From Candidatus Enterousia sp. (GTDB lineage: Bacteria; Pseudomonadota; Alphaproteobacteria; Rs-D84): a DNA stretch of 64,000 bases. This document shows, piece after piece, positions 1 through 11,851 of the stretch (within the stretch, counting starts at the first letter, position 1; each line of letters opens with the position of its first letter). The position numbers and the translations under genes were made by a program. A model generated the notes under the pieces. It worked only from the letters and a program-made list of their open reading frames with translations. It made no database searches and had not been told where the DNA came from. The stretch covers positions 55,364-119,363 of the forward strand of contig JAZLBQ010000012.1 of assembly GCA_045613785.1 (NCBI GenBank), read 5' to 3'.

Positions 1-306
1 ATCTTTGCTGCTGAAAAAGAAACGCAAGAAGTCATCTCGTTCAACGTATTTTATCATGTGATTTTTCAGTTCGACAACACACCGTTGAAAAGAATTTATA
101 TCAAAAGTATCAACATTTTTTGCACCTGCTAAATAGGCCTCAAACATATGGTCGCCTGATGCAGCGACTGTCAAAACATTAGCGTTTTTCATATTGCCCA
201 GGCTGCGAACATATTCTGCAACATTTTCATTAGAAAACAAGAAAACTGGTGCTTTGTCTTGGAACGCATAGTTTGCAGGGATAAAAATATCGTCGTCTTT
301 ATTCAT
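1..306 (-). CDS. DUF3419/BtaA-like SAM-dependent protein, N-terminal part (runs off window)
   Basis: Not in the ORF track; manual translation MNKDDDIFIPANYAFQDKAPVFLFSNEN...VLTVAASGDHMFEAYLAGAKNVDTFDINSFQRCVVELK resembles the DUF3419 pattern VLTxxSxGD...VDxN...ELK. Confidence 0.65.
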   Translation of the reverse strand, partial: MNKDDDIFIPANYAFQDKAPVFLFSNENVAEYVRSLGNMKNANVLTVAASGDHMFEAYLAGAKNVDTFDINSFQRCVVELKNHMIKYVERDDFLRFFFSSKD

Positions 307-402
307 CGTCGAATATATAGCACAGACAGGAAAATTGTCAATCTTTTATTGTTTGAAAAAAACTGTATTTAATATATAATACCTGCCAAAAAAGGATTTT
401 TA

Positions 403-729
403 ATGAAAGATAAAGCCGTAAAAATTGGATTGCTTGCAACGATATTGCCACATATATTTTGCTGTGGTATTCCTATGTTTTTGGCTGTAATTGGGCTGAT
501 TGCACCGGATGCGGCACACTTTCATCTGTTGCCACATTGGCTAGAGCCTTGGTTGTTTTTGTTTTCTGGGGCTATGTTGGCTTTGTCTTGGTGGTTGATT
601 CGTCGTGATTGTCATTGTTCGTGCCAGAAATGTGGTGCATCATCACATCGGACGCAAAAGATAATATTGGCTATAATAACCGTTGTTTTTATCATTAGTT
701 TATTGTTGCACTTTGTTTCTCATCATTAA
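403..729 (+). CDS. small 3-TM membrane protein with Cys/His motifs (MerC/MerT-like metal transport candidate)
   Basis: HIFCCGIP in TM1, loop DCHCSCQKC, AAGGA RBS. Confidence 0.5.
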   Translation: MKDKAVKIGLLATILPHIFCCGIPMFLAVIGLIAPDAAHFHLLPHWLEPWLFLFSGAMLALSWWLIRRDCHCSCQKCGASSHRTQKIILAIITVVFIISLLLHFVSHH

Positions 730-741
730 AAGGGTTTTTAG

Positions 742-1404
742 TTGAAATATTTTGATGCTCATTGTCATATTTTCAATTCTGATAATTTATTGTCTGATAT
801 GGGTGTGATTACAAATGCGACCCAGATTGCAGAATGGGGAAATGTCTTGGATTTGGTGTCGGGGCGTCAAAATGTTTATGGTGCAATAGGTATTCATCCG
901 TGGTTTGTTGCGGACTTGCCAGACGGCTGGGATTTACAGTTGCAAGAACGTTTGATTCAGCATCCTGAAATAATGGTCGGAGAAATCGGTCTTGATGACC
1001 ACAAGCCAGATTTTGAAACTCAAATCATAGTTTTAACTCGTCAACTTAAAATCGCAGTTGAATTAAATCGAGGTGTTCATATTCATTGTGTTGGTGCTAT
1101 GAATGAATTGTTGAAAATATTAGACAGTTTCGGGAACGAGTTGCTGCCTTTTATTTTGTTTCATCGCTATTCTGGCAGCCCGACAGATGTTCCAAAATTG
1201 GTTAAAAAATATAATGCGTATTTTTCATATTGTCATCCTAATGACAAACGGGTCAAAGCAACTCCAATTGACCGAATTTTGTCAGAGTCTGATTCAGACA
1301 ACCCAAAACGCTTGATTTCCATCGCAGATGATTTAGCATTGATTTTGAATTCTGAAACGGAAACATTTGTAAATAATGCAAAACGGATGCTTAAAAATGG
1401 ATAG
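742..1404 (+). CDS. TatD-family hydrolase
   Basis: DAHCH, GIHPW, GEIGLD, HxH, ESDS motifs. Confidence 0.85.
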   Translation: MKYFDAHCHIFNSDNLLSDMGVITNATQIAEWGNVLDLVSGRQNVYGAIGIHPWFVADLPDGWDLQLQERLIQHPEIMVGEIGLDDHKPDFETQIIVLTRQLKIAVELNRGVHIHCVGAMNELLKILDSFGNELLPFILFHRYSGSPTDVPKLVKKYNAYFSYCHPNDKRVKATPIDRILSESDSDNPKRLISIADDLALILNSETETFVNNAKRMLKNG

Positions 1405-2077
1405 ACTGCACAGAACACGTTTATTATTTGGTGATGTCGCCACAGAAAGACTAGCAAACTCGACTGTTATGGTTGTAGGATGTGGTGCTGTTGGTTCTTT
1501 TGCGATAGAGGCACTGGCTCGTTCCGGTATTGGTCATCTGGTTATTGTAGATTTTGATGTGGTTGAAAAATCTAACATAAACCGCCAACTGTTCGCCCTG
1601 GAATCCACTCTTGGACAACCAAAGGTTGTCGTCGCTGCTGCTCGTATTCACGATATCTGTCCTGACATTCAGATAACTGCATTAAATATGTTTTTTGATT
1701 CAGAATCTGAAATATCTGTTCGACCTGATTTTATTATTGATGCGATTGATACCGTTCCGTCCAAGGTTGCTTTATATCAATGGGCGGCCAAGCATAATAT
1801 TCCGTTGATTTCCAGTATGGGGGCTGCGTCCAAGACCGACCCAACCCAGGTAAAAATAGCCCCGATTTCAAAAACATCTGTTTGTCCACTGGCATCACGT
1901 GTTCGCAAGTCTGTTCGTGAATTGAATTTACCTGATTGTCCTGTGGTTTTTTCTACAGAAAAGCCAGTCCTTGTTGTTGGTCATGCCAAGAATCTGGGGT
2001 CTATAATAACAGTGACAGGCACATTTGGTCTGATTCTAGCAAATCATGTAATTCAGAAAATAATCCGGGATATTTAG
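1397..2077 (+). CDS. tcdA: ThiF-family tRNA threonylcarbamoyladenosine dehydratase
   Basis: GCGAVGS, SNINRQ, DAID, SMGAA, CPLA motifs; ATG 1397 overlaps the upstream stop. Confidence 0.85.
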   Translation: MDRLHRTRLLFGDVATERLANSTVMVVGCGAVGSFAIEALARSGIGHLVIVDFDVVEKSNINRQLFALESTLGQPKVVVAAARIHDICPDIQITALNMFFDSESEISVRPDFIIDAIDTVPSKVALYQWAAKHNIPLISSMGAASKTDPTQVKIAPISKTSVCPLASRVRKSVRELNLPDCPVVFSTEKPVLVVGHAKNLGSIITVTGTFGLILANHVIQKIIRDI

Positions 2078-2135
2078 TTTTGACATCTATCCAGTTTTTG
2101 CTGTAAAATAACATAGAAAATAAACGGAGGGATAA

Positions 2136-2882
2136 ATGAAACTGATAAACAAGTTAAAGACAATTCCAGGAATTTGGCTGTCTATATTGGCGATTGGTGT
2201 TGCCTTGGGTGGATTTTTTATTGGAAACGGATTTTATCGTGCTCTTTCTGTTCGCACTGTTACTGTCAAGGGCTTGGCGGAACGTGATGTTGTTGCGGAC
2301 ACTGCGGTATGGAATATCAAGATAAACGGTGTAGGTGGCGATTTAGCGGAATTGCAACAGCGTATTGATAACAATATTTCCCAAATTCATAGTTTTTTGA
2401 TTGATTCTGGTTTTTCTGCATCTGACATTCAGAATTTGCGTGTTCAGGTTCGTGATAAATACGCAGGCTATTCTGATGCAGAATTAAAGAATCAGCAAAA
2501 CGATGGTCGCTATGTCATTGAAACTGGTGTCAAGGTTCGTTCGAACAATGTTGAGTTAGTTGATGCTGTCTCTCGCCGTATGGGAGAATTGGTTCGCCAA
2601 GGCATCACCATAACCGAAGATTATGCAGGTCCAATTTATATATTTAATGGATTGAACGACATAAAAATATCGATGATAGAGCAGGCGACCAAAAACGCCA
2701 CCGCTGCTGGACAGCAATTTGCCAAAGATGCTGATGCACGCCTGGGCAAAATTAAAAGTGCCAACCAGGGTGTATTCAGTATTGAATCACGTGATCCTAC
2801 TGATTCCTGGTCATCCAATGAACGTCAGGCAATAAACAAAAAGGTTCGTGTTGTTGCAACGATAACTTTCTATCTGAAATAG
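2136..2882 (+). CDS. SIMPL (DUF541) domain membrane-anchored protein
   Basis: RTVTVKGLAERDVVAD, ANQGVFSI, KKVRVV motifs; GGAGG RBS. Confidence 0.85.
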   Translation: MKLINKLKTIPGIWLSILAIGVALGGFFIGNGFYRALSVRTVTVKGLAERDVVADTAVWNIKINGVGGDLAELQQRIDNNISQIHSFLIDSGFSASDIQNLRVQVRDKYAGYSDAELKNQQNDGRYVIETGVKVRSNNVELVDAVSRRMGELVRQGITITEDYAGPIYIFNGLNDIKISMIEQATKNATAAGQQFAKDADARLGKIKSANQGVFSIESRDPTDSWSSNERQAINKKVRVVATITFYLK

Positions 2883-2900
2883 TTAAAAGAATTGTAAACC

Positions 2901-2923
2901 AAGCCCCTTTTAGGGGCTTTTTT
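2901..2923 (+). terminator. intrinsic terminator
   Basis: AAGCCCC-TTTTA-GGGGCTT followed by a T run. Confidence 0.75.
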
Positions 2924-3086
2924 ATTAGAATAATATGCGGCAACATGTTCCAGAAAACACAATAAAAACAAAGGCTAAGAACGTATTCCTAATGTGCTTA
3001 TTCAGGTTGCAAGGTTTTGAAAAAGTGGTTATAATACTATTGTCTTATCACAAGACATATTAAACCTTGAAAAGGAGAAAAAAGAG

Positions 3087-3302
3087 ATGAGAGGACTAAC
3101 GAACTATGTTCTTATACCATTGACGTTTATCGGTGCTCTGAACTGGGGCTTGATTGGAATCTTTGGTTTTGACTTGGTCGCATTTTTGTTTGGCCCTGCA
3201 ACATTGGCCAGCAACATTGTTTATGCAATAATCGGTATTGCTGCACTGATATGGTTGATATGGATGTTTATCGACAGACCAGCCCCACGCAATGACCGTT
3301 AA
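3087..3302 (+). CDS. DUF378 small membrane protein
   Basis: IGALNWGLIGIFGFDLVAFLFG signature; AAGGAG RBS; TTGCAA/TATAAT promoter upstream. Confidence 0.85.
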   Translation: MRGLTNYVLIPLTFIGALNWGLIGIFGFDLVAFLFGPATLASNIVYAIIGIAALIWLIWMFIDRPAPRNDR

Positions 3303-3359
3303 AAATAAAAAATATATTTCAGTTTCATGTCCACGCCCCACGAAAATCAGGGGCGTTTT

Positions 3360-5414
<2,055 letters not shown>

Positions 5415-6056
5415 TTACAAGCCGAATTTGTAAACAGCCCCGAAATAGACTTCGGTTGCATCAACATCTGTGATTGCAAATTCTTTGTTGTTTAATTGAT
5501 GTTCTATTTCGCCATAGTATTGATATTTTACGCCCAGATTCAGGTCAATTCTGTCATTTAATGCAAAATTTACACCAATCATCGCACTGTATGTCAAATC
5601 GAACACAGAATCAGACAAATGCCCATAAGGTGCATTGACATCACCCCAAATTGTTGCAAATCCGATTCCGACACCTGCGTATGGTGCAATAGTCCCAGCA
5701 TATTCTTGGAACAGATAGAAATTCAGCATATTTGCCCAAACGTCGAAATTGAAATCTGTTGTTCGTTTTGTTTGTTTTGCCCCGGTATAAAGTGTTTCGA
5801 ATTCAATTTTTGCAAAATCGCTTAGACGATTTCCAACGACTGCCCCGAATCCAAAGTTGTCTTTACGAACGGTAGAATTTCCGCCGTCGTGAATATCGTA
5901 TTTGAACGAAACTCTTTCGTTTTTATGAAGGCGAATTCCGACATAATTATCCCGACGTTCGGTTGTTGTAATTCCCGAATCGTATTCATCCCAGTAATCA
6001 TCTGCGAACGCAGGCACTGCCAACAAGCAAGCCAAAACACATACTAATTTTTTCAT
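5415..6056 (-). CDS. outer-membrane beta-barrel protein (opacity/OmpA-like)
   Basis: Signal peptide MKKLVCVL..AFA, PYAGVGIG, terminal YKF beta-signal. Confidence 0.75.
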   Translation of the reverse strand: MKKLVCVLACLLAVPAFADDYWDEYDSGITTTERRDNYVGIRLHKNERVSFKYDIHDGGNSTVRKDNFGFGAVVGNRLSDFAKIEFETLYTGAKQTKRTTDFNFDVWANMLNFYLFQEYAGTIAPYAGVGIGFATIWGDVNAPYGHLSDSVFDLTYSAMIGVNFALNDRIDLNLGVKYQYYGEIEHQLNNKEFAITDVDATEVYFGAVYKFGL

Positions 6057-6122
6057 ATTCCCCAACCCTTGTTTTTAATGCTATGATTATAATTATAAAT
6101 ACTAGCAAAACGCAAGGTGTTT

Positions 6123-7922
6123 ATGTTAAAATACCCATTACAGGGGGAAAGATTGCCACGTAAAGCATTGAGCGATATCGAACAAGACAAGCCAAAGCCG
6201 TCTTTAAAACGGCGTTTGTTGATATGGTTTTTCAACCTGATTTTGTTGTCGGGTGTGGCTGTATGTGCATACGTTTCAATAATATATTTGCGAATGCCGT
6301 CTTTGGATTCTATTTTACACGAAACCAGACCGGCGGCGATTGTTTTTCTGGACAGTTCTGGAAATGAAATCCGCAGTGCCAATCGTATAATGGGAACGCC
6401 TGTTTCGACTGAAACCTTGCCTGCCCACGTATGGCAGTCAATTGTTGCCATCGAAGACAAACGCTTTTTTCAACACGGTCCAATTGACGCCCGTGGTATA
6501 ACCCGTGCGGTATTTTCAAATTTGGCATCTGGTCGTATTGCGTCAGGCGGTTCGACAATAACCCAGCAGACGGCCAAAAACATATTTCTTTCACGTGAAA
6601 AAAAGATTTCCCGCAAAGTCCAAGAGCTAATATTGTCCTACTGGCTAGAAAATAGATTTACCAAGAATCAGGTCTTGGATTTATACATGAATCGTGTTTC
6701 ATTGGTTGGCGGGTTGCGTGGGATTGATGCTGCCTCACGTGCGATGTTTGGTATTCCTGCGACAAAAATGTCCATTGCTCAATCTGCCCAAATTGCCGCA
6801 ATGTTAAAAGCACCAACAACATACAGTCCTCTTCGTAATCCTGAAAAAAATATTGCCCGTGCAAAAACTGTTTTAAAAGAAATGGTTCGCCAGGGTTATA
6901 TCACATTGCCCCAGGCACGTCTGGCGGCACAAAGCCTAAAGCCAGCGGTGCCAACAAATGACACAAATTTATACCGGTATTGGACAGACTTTATAATGGA
7001 CGAAATGCGTTCTACATTAGGTGCGTTTGAAACAGATATGTATGTTCATACAACGCTGGATACAGAATTACAAGACCGTATTGCCGTAGTTTTGCCAAAA
7101 CATGTTGGTAATTACCAGGGGGCGGTTGTTGCAATGAATCCCGATGGTGCAATTCGTGCAATGTCAGGTGGTTCTGATTACCAGGCCAGCCAATTTAACC
7201 GCACAACAGCCCCACGTCAACCGGGCAGTGCTTTCAAGCCTGTTGTATATCTAGTTGCACTGGAAAATGGTATGTTGCCTGACAGTTATGTAAATGATTC
7301 ACCGTTTGCGATTGGCGACTATAACCCAAAGAATTATAATCAGCGTTATTATGGTGATATTTCATTGGCAACAGCCTTTGCCAAAAGTGTAAATTCTGTG
7401 CCGTTAAAACTAACAGAATTATATGGAATTGATTCTGTGTTGTCTATGGCAGGACGGCTGGGGGTTGGGACAAAGTTGCGTCGTGAATATTCGACCGTGC
7501 TTGGTGCTTCGGAAATGAGTCTTTTAGACCTGACAAACATTTACGCAGTAATATGGAACAATGGGCAATCTGTTCGGCCATATTCAATTACAAAAATCAC
7601 TGATATGACCGGCCATATTATATATGAACGCAATCCGTCTGACCCGATTGTGATTTTGCAACCCAGCACGATAGAGGCGATGACTGCACTGCTGGCAGAC
7701 GTGGTTGCCCCCGGTGGCACTGGCGGTCGTGCCAGAACGCCGGACGTTTTAGGTGGAAAAACAGGAACCAGCAACGAAAATCGTGATGCGTGGTTTGTTG
7801 GTGCAGTGCCAAATCTGGTCATCGGTGTTTGGGTTGGCAATGACGATTTTGCACCGATGGATTCTGGTGTGACAGGTGGAACAATTCCCGCTGAAATATT
7901 TCACGACATAATTATAAAATAG
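6123..7922 (+). CDS. class A penicillin-binding protein (transglycosylase-transpeptidase)
   Basis: EDKRFFQH, GGSTITQQ, RKVQE, SAFK, SVN, KTG motifs. Confidence 0.93.
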   Translation: MLKYPLQGERLPRKALSDIEQDKPKPSLKRRLLIWFFNLILLSGVAVCAYVSIIYLRMPSLDSILHETRPAAIVFLDSSGNEIRSANRIMGTPVSTETLPAHVWQSIVAIEDKRFFQHGPIDARGITRAVFSNLASGRIASGGSTITQQTAKNIFLSREKKISRKVQELILSYWLENRFTKNQVLDLYMNRVSLVGGLRGIDAASRAMFGIPATKMSIAQSAQIAAMLKAPTTYSPLRNPEKNIARAKTVLKEMVRQGYITLPQARLAAQSLKPAVPTNDTNLYRYWTDFIMDEMRSTLGAFETDMYVHTTLDTELQDRIAVVLPKHVGNYQGAVVAMNPDGAIRAMSGGSDYQASQFNRTTAPRQPGSAFKPVVYLVALENGMLPDSYVNDSPFAIGDYNPKNYNQRYYGDISLATAFAKSVNSVPLKLTELYGIDSVLSMAGRLGVGTKLRREYSTVLGASEMSLLDLTNIYAVIWNNGQSVRPYSITKITDMTGHIIYERNPSDPIVILQPSTIEAMTALLADVVAPGGTGGRARTPDVLGGKTGTSNENRDAWFVGAVPNLVIGVWVGNDDFAPMDSGVTGGTIPAEIFHDIIIK

Positions 7923-7954
7923 TCTGTTGTCGGACAAAATAAAAAGGGTAAACA

Positions 7955-9736
7955 ATGTCAAAAACAAAAAAAATAAAAAATGCCCAGTTGCCAAAGTCGC
8001 TGTGGAAATTTTATTTTCGTTATGCGGTTCACGGATCAAAAGGGGCACTGATTGCCTGGGGAATATTCTTTTTTATCGTGGCCATGGACGGTGTGTTGTT
8101 TCCTAATTTTCAACGCTGGTTTATTGCACTGTTTGAAAACCCTGTGCCAAATGGTATGACGTTTATTCAGCATGCACTACCAACAATTATTTTTATTACT
8201 TCATTGTTGTTGCTGATTGATGTCAGTGCATTATTTCGTGGAATGTTTCATGCTCGTTGGTCTGCTCCGACCAAGAATCGTATATCGGTTGTTTTGAACG
8301 ATTATGTTCACTCTCAGTCGATGTCATTTTGGACAGGTCGTATGTCTGGCAAGGTGCACGCTCAAATTTTGTATGTGTCAGACGGGTTTCAAGCTGTCGA
8401 AGATTTTTGGCGTATTGTCTGTATGATGGCAGTTGTATTTATAAATGTTGGCTTGATTTTATCAATCAATACCTATGTTGCAGTAATTTTTGGTATCGTC
8501 TTTGTGTTCCGTGCATTATACAGTTGGGCGATGGTAAAGCCTATGAACCGTGCGTCCAAAGATGCATCTGCCGCATCCAGTGAATTGTCTGGGCGTAATG
8601 TTGACAGTATTTCGAATTTTTCTGTTGTAAAATTATTTGCTGGTGCATCACGAGAACGTGCCTATCTTGAACCCAGTCGTCAGAAAAACATTGCTGCCAG
8701 AATCCATTCGTTCTTTGTTCAGCGGTTTTTCTGGGGTGTTCCAATGATAATCTGGGATATTTGTTATGGTGCAACACTGTTGCTGTGTGTATGGCTGTAT
8801 ATGCAAGGAAAAATCACAGTTGCAGAAATCGTCTTTACAAATTCTGTTTTCTTTACAGTTATGGGAACGATTGGCCAGATTGTAAATCAGATTCCAAACA
8901 TTACCGACAAATTGGGGGCGGCGTCCAAGGCATATAATGAATTAGTTGTTCCTGTTGATGTTGTTGATGTTCCGAACGCCCCTGCGTTAGTTGTGTCAAA
9001 GGGCGAAATAGAATTTCGCAATGTTTCATTTAAATATAAACAGAAATGGGTATTGCGTAATTTTAACTTAAAGATTGCCCCGGGTGAACGTGTTGGGCTG
9101 GTTGGGCCATCAGGGGCAGGGAAAACCACATTGGTAAATTTGCTTATGCGTTTTTATGACCCGACGCATGGAGAAATATTGATAGACGGTCAGGATATCA
9201 AAGACGTATCTCAGGATTCTTTGCGTGAAAACATTGCGTTTATTCCCCAAGATCCAACAATGTTCAATCGCACATTGTTTGAAAATATTGCGTATGGAAA
9301 ACCTGGGGCGACTGTTACGGATGTTCGCAATGCAGCCCGTCGTGCGATGGCACATGATTTTATTGTTGGAACAGAAAAAAAGTATAATTCTATGGTTGGC
9401 GACCGTGGGATAAAATTGTCGGGCGGTCAACGTCAGCGTGTTGCGATTGCCCGTGCTTTTCTGAAAGACGCACCAATCTTAGTCCTGGACGAAGCGACAT
9501 CTGCACTTGATTCTGAAACAGAAAATTGTATTCAAAAATCATTTGATGAATTGGCACTTGGTCGCACCACATTGGCGATTGCACACCGGTTATCTACTTT
9601 GCGTAATATGGACCGAATTGTTGTTTTAAAGCAGGGCAAGGTTCTAGAACAAGGCACTCATAAACAACTGCTACGCCTTGGGGGCGAATACGCCCGCCTG
9701 TGGAAAATGCAGTCTGGTGGATTTATCAAAGACTAA
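7955..9736 (+). CDS. ABC exporter, fused permease/ATPase
   Basis: N-terminal TMs, GPSGAGKT, LSGGQRQR, LDEATSALD. Confidence 0.93.
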   Translation: MSKTKKIKNAQLPKSLWKFYFRYAVHGSKGALIAWGIFFFIVAMDGVLFPNFQRWFIALFENPVPNGMTFIQHALPTIIFITSLLLLIDVSALFRGMFHARWSAPTKNRISVVLNDYVHSQSMSFWTGRMSGKVHAQILYVSDGFQAVEDFWRIVCMMAVVFINVGLILSINTYVAVIFGIVFVFRALYSWAMVKPMNRASKDASAASSELSGRNVDSISNFSVVKLFAGASRERAYLEPSRQKNIAARIHSFFVQRFFWGVPMIIWDICYGATLLLCVWLYMQGKITVAEIVFTNSVFFTVMGTIGQIVNQIPNITDKLGAASKAYNELVVPVDVVDVPNAPALVVSKGEIEFRNVSFKYKQKWVLRNFNLKIAPGERVGLVGPSGAGKTTLVNLLMRFYDPTHGEILIDGQDIKDVSQDSLRENIAFIPQDPTMFNRTLFENIAYGKPGATVTDVRNAARRAMAHDFIVGTEKKYNSMVGDRGIKLSGGQRQRVAIARAFLKDAPILVLDEATSALDSETENCIQKSFDELALGRTTLAIAHRLSTLRNMDRIVVLKQGKVLEQGTHKQLLRLGGEYARLWKMQSGGFIKD

Positions 9737-9744
9737 AATAGAAA

Positions 9745-9773
9745 CAGCGTCCAAATTGGACGCTGATTTTTTT
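9745..9773. terminator. bidirectional terminator
   Basis: CAGCGTCCAA-A-TTGGACGCTG between convergent genes. Confidence 0.75.
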
Positions 9774-10227
9774 ATTTTTCAATTTTATCCAGTATTTTAT
9801 TTAGTTTGCGAATAGAACTGTTTGCACAGCCACGACCACGCCACGTCATAATTTCATTTCCTGTTATATTGTCGGCGATTGAAACGTTAAAATTCCACCA
9901 CCAAAATCCATTAAAGACACACCAGACTGGACGAAAAACTTCACTGCGTTCTTTGACCTTGATTACATAGCGGGCATTTGTTGGAATTGTTGTGGTGTCG
10001 ATTTCAGAATCACTATCAGCATCGTTCCATTCTTTGCTTTCTTTTGCCTTGCCCACAACGACATTATAACCACGTTCTTCCATTGTTTGTTTAATACTGC
10101 GTCGCATTGAATATCCGCCACGATCCGCATAAACAACCTGGTCTTTATCAAATGTTTTTGGTTTTACATAGACACTGTTGCAACCAGTCAACGATAACAA
10201 CACAACAAAACAAAATAATCTGTTCAT
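9772..10227 (-). CDS. lipoprotein, unknown function
   Basis: Lipobox LTGC after a hydrophobic N-terminus. Confidence 0.7.
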   Translation of the reverse strand: MNRLFCFVVLLSLTGCNSVYVKPKTFDKDQVVYADRGGYSMRRSIKQTMEERGYNVVVGKAKESKEWNDADSDSEIDTTTIPTNARYVIKVKERSEVFRPVWCVFNGFWWWNFNVSIADNITGNEIMTWRGRGCANSSIRKLNKILDKIEK

Positions 10228-10286
10228 AAATTATCACCTATCATGAATCAGTCTAGAATAATTTTGCACCTAATAACAAGGAAAAT

Positions 10287-10699
10287 AATCATAAAAAGCA
10301 TACTAAATTAGTAAATACTATTGAACGCCTAGATAGTGCAGGTCTGGATTTTTCGGTTGTTGTAATAGGCGATGGAAAATTAAAAGACTTGCCTGAATCT
10401 GTTAAACGTCATATTCGTGTTATGGGGGCATCTTGATTTTGATGAAATGTATAATTGTGTTGAGCATGCTGATTTCTATATGCCATTGCTGGATGCAGAC
10501 AATCCAGACCATGAACGCTATATTAGAACTCAGGTAACTGGCTCTATGCAACTGGTGTATGGATTTGCCTGTGTTCCAGTTGTTGACAAGAAGTTTGCTG
10601 ATTTTTATGATTTGAGCGACACGTAATGAACTAATAAAAACAGCCGATGCTATTGCAGATGAATCATTAAACAATCTAAAGAGGGTGTTAAGTGCCTAA
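10287..10699 (+). pseudogene. decayed glycosyltransferase (GT-B-like) C-terminal fragment
   Basis: ..FSVVVIGDGKL..RVMG / HLDFDEMYNCVEHADF.. joined by a frameshift in a G run at ~10424-10428; second break at ~10622; no start codon. Confidence 0.6.
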
Positions 10700-10773
10700 A
10701 TAAAATACGACTTGCTTCGTTTGCTTACGTTGTGGTTATGGCGGGTTCCGACATGGACTATTCGTGCATAACA

Positions 10774-10806
10774 GCAAGAACCGACCATTTGGTCGGTTCT
10801 TGTTTT
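10774..10806. terminator. intrinsic terminator (bidirectional)
   Basis: CAAGAACCGACCA-TT-TGGTCGGTTCTTG plus T run; also downstream of tRNA-Arg. Confidence 0.75.
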
Positions 10807-10843
10807 AGTATAAAACTGCGAGAAATCTTGCCTGTTAAAATTC

Positions 10844-10920
10844 TGGCGCACCCAACAGGATTCGAACCTGTAATCCCCGCCTTCGGAGGGCGATGCTCTA
10901 TCCAATTAAGCCATGGGTGC
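10844..10920 (-). tRNA. tRNA-Arg(CCG)
   Basis: GCACCCATGGCTTAATTGGATAGAGC..CT-CCG-AA..GGTTCGAATCC..GGGTGCGCCA cloverleaf with encoded CCA. Confidence 0.95.
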
Positions 10921-10968
10921 ATTGCAGTGTATTATACGTAAATTTAATTAAAATGCAAGAGGCGACTT

Positions 10969-11781
10969 TTACCGTGCTTTTTTTGTCTTTGAATGTTGCC
11001 ACAGCATTTTTTGGACCGCATTATTTGCATTTGCAATCAGTGATACCCGGGTTCTGTTTAACTTTTTACCACTAATTTTTTCATAAGTATCAAATAATTC
11101 GTTTATATCAAGCCCCAGTTGTATGTATCTTGCCGCCATTGCTCCGAACGCATAATTTACATCACTAACTGCGGCGGTGTCTATGTCCAAAATCCCCACC
11201 AAGTGTCCATCTTCTGATGCGACGATATTTTTTGGTGTTATGTCAGTATGATAAACAGCCTTGTCGTCGTCATTGCCTAGGTTTATCAGATAGACCAATG
11301 CCATACATAACTTGCCCAAGACGGCATTGTTCACATTTGTTATGTGCTCATCTGCGACGATATGCATATGTTTGTGTGGAAATCCGTCCAAGACATCTGG
11401 CTTAATTTGTCCCATTTTTGCAAACGCAACCAGTGTTTCACGATAAACCTGCTTTATTTTTTCAGCATCCATCCCACGCCATATGCGTTCATACAGTGTT
11501 TTGCCAGGAATCTGTTTGTATTCTTCAAAGAAAACGTTTTTATACTGATGTGCCGTGATAACAGGGCAGGGGATGCCGTTTTCTGCATAGACCCGACTGA
11601 TGTGTGCGTTTTTTTTGATAATATCAGGGTTGCCAAATTTGAATGCCATTTGTTGTCCATCGACATTTGCAAAAATAACATTTTGCTGACTGCCACGAAC
11701 CAACGGCTGGCATATTTTTTTAGCGTTTGGATAGCGGTCAAAGATAGCTGCTTTGTAAATAATAAACATGTCTTCTGACAT
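10969..11781 (-). CDS. aminoglycoside phosphotransferase/choline kinase-like small-molecule kinase
   Basis: HTDITPKN Brenner motif and GILDID. Confidence 0.75.
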   Translation of the reverse strand: MSEDMFIIYKAAIFDRYPNAKKICQPLVRGSQQNVIFANVDGQQMAFKFGNPDIIKKNAHISRVYAENGIPCPVITAHQYKNVFFEEYKQIPGKTLYERIWRGMDAEKIKQVYRETLVAFAKMGQIKPDVLDGFPHKHMHIVADEHITNVNNAVLGKLCMALVYLINLGNDDDKAVYHTDITPKNIVASEDGHLVGILDIDTAAVSDVNYAFGAMAARYIQLGLDINELFDTYEKISGKKLNRTRVSLIANANNAVQKMLWQHSKTKKAR

Positions 11782-11851
11782 AAAAAATCCTCGGAATAAA
11801 ATGTTGTCAAACCTATTTTATTGTCAATAATATAAAAGTCAAGAAATAATT

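Noticed and set aside
6104-6131. TTATGTTAAAA as the XerD arm of a dif site
   Set aside because: No matching XerC arm; it is the RBS and start of the PBP gene.
10844-10920. tRNA(CCG) as a sign of codon reassignment
   Set aside because: It keeps the Arg identity element A20, and conserved proteins translate normally with the standard code.
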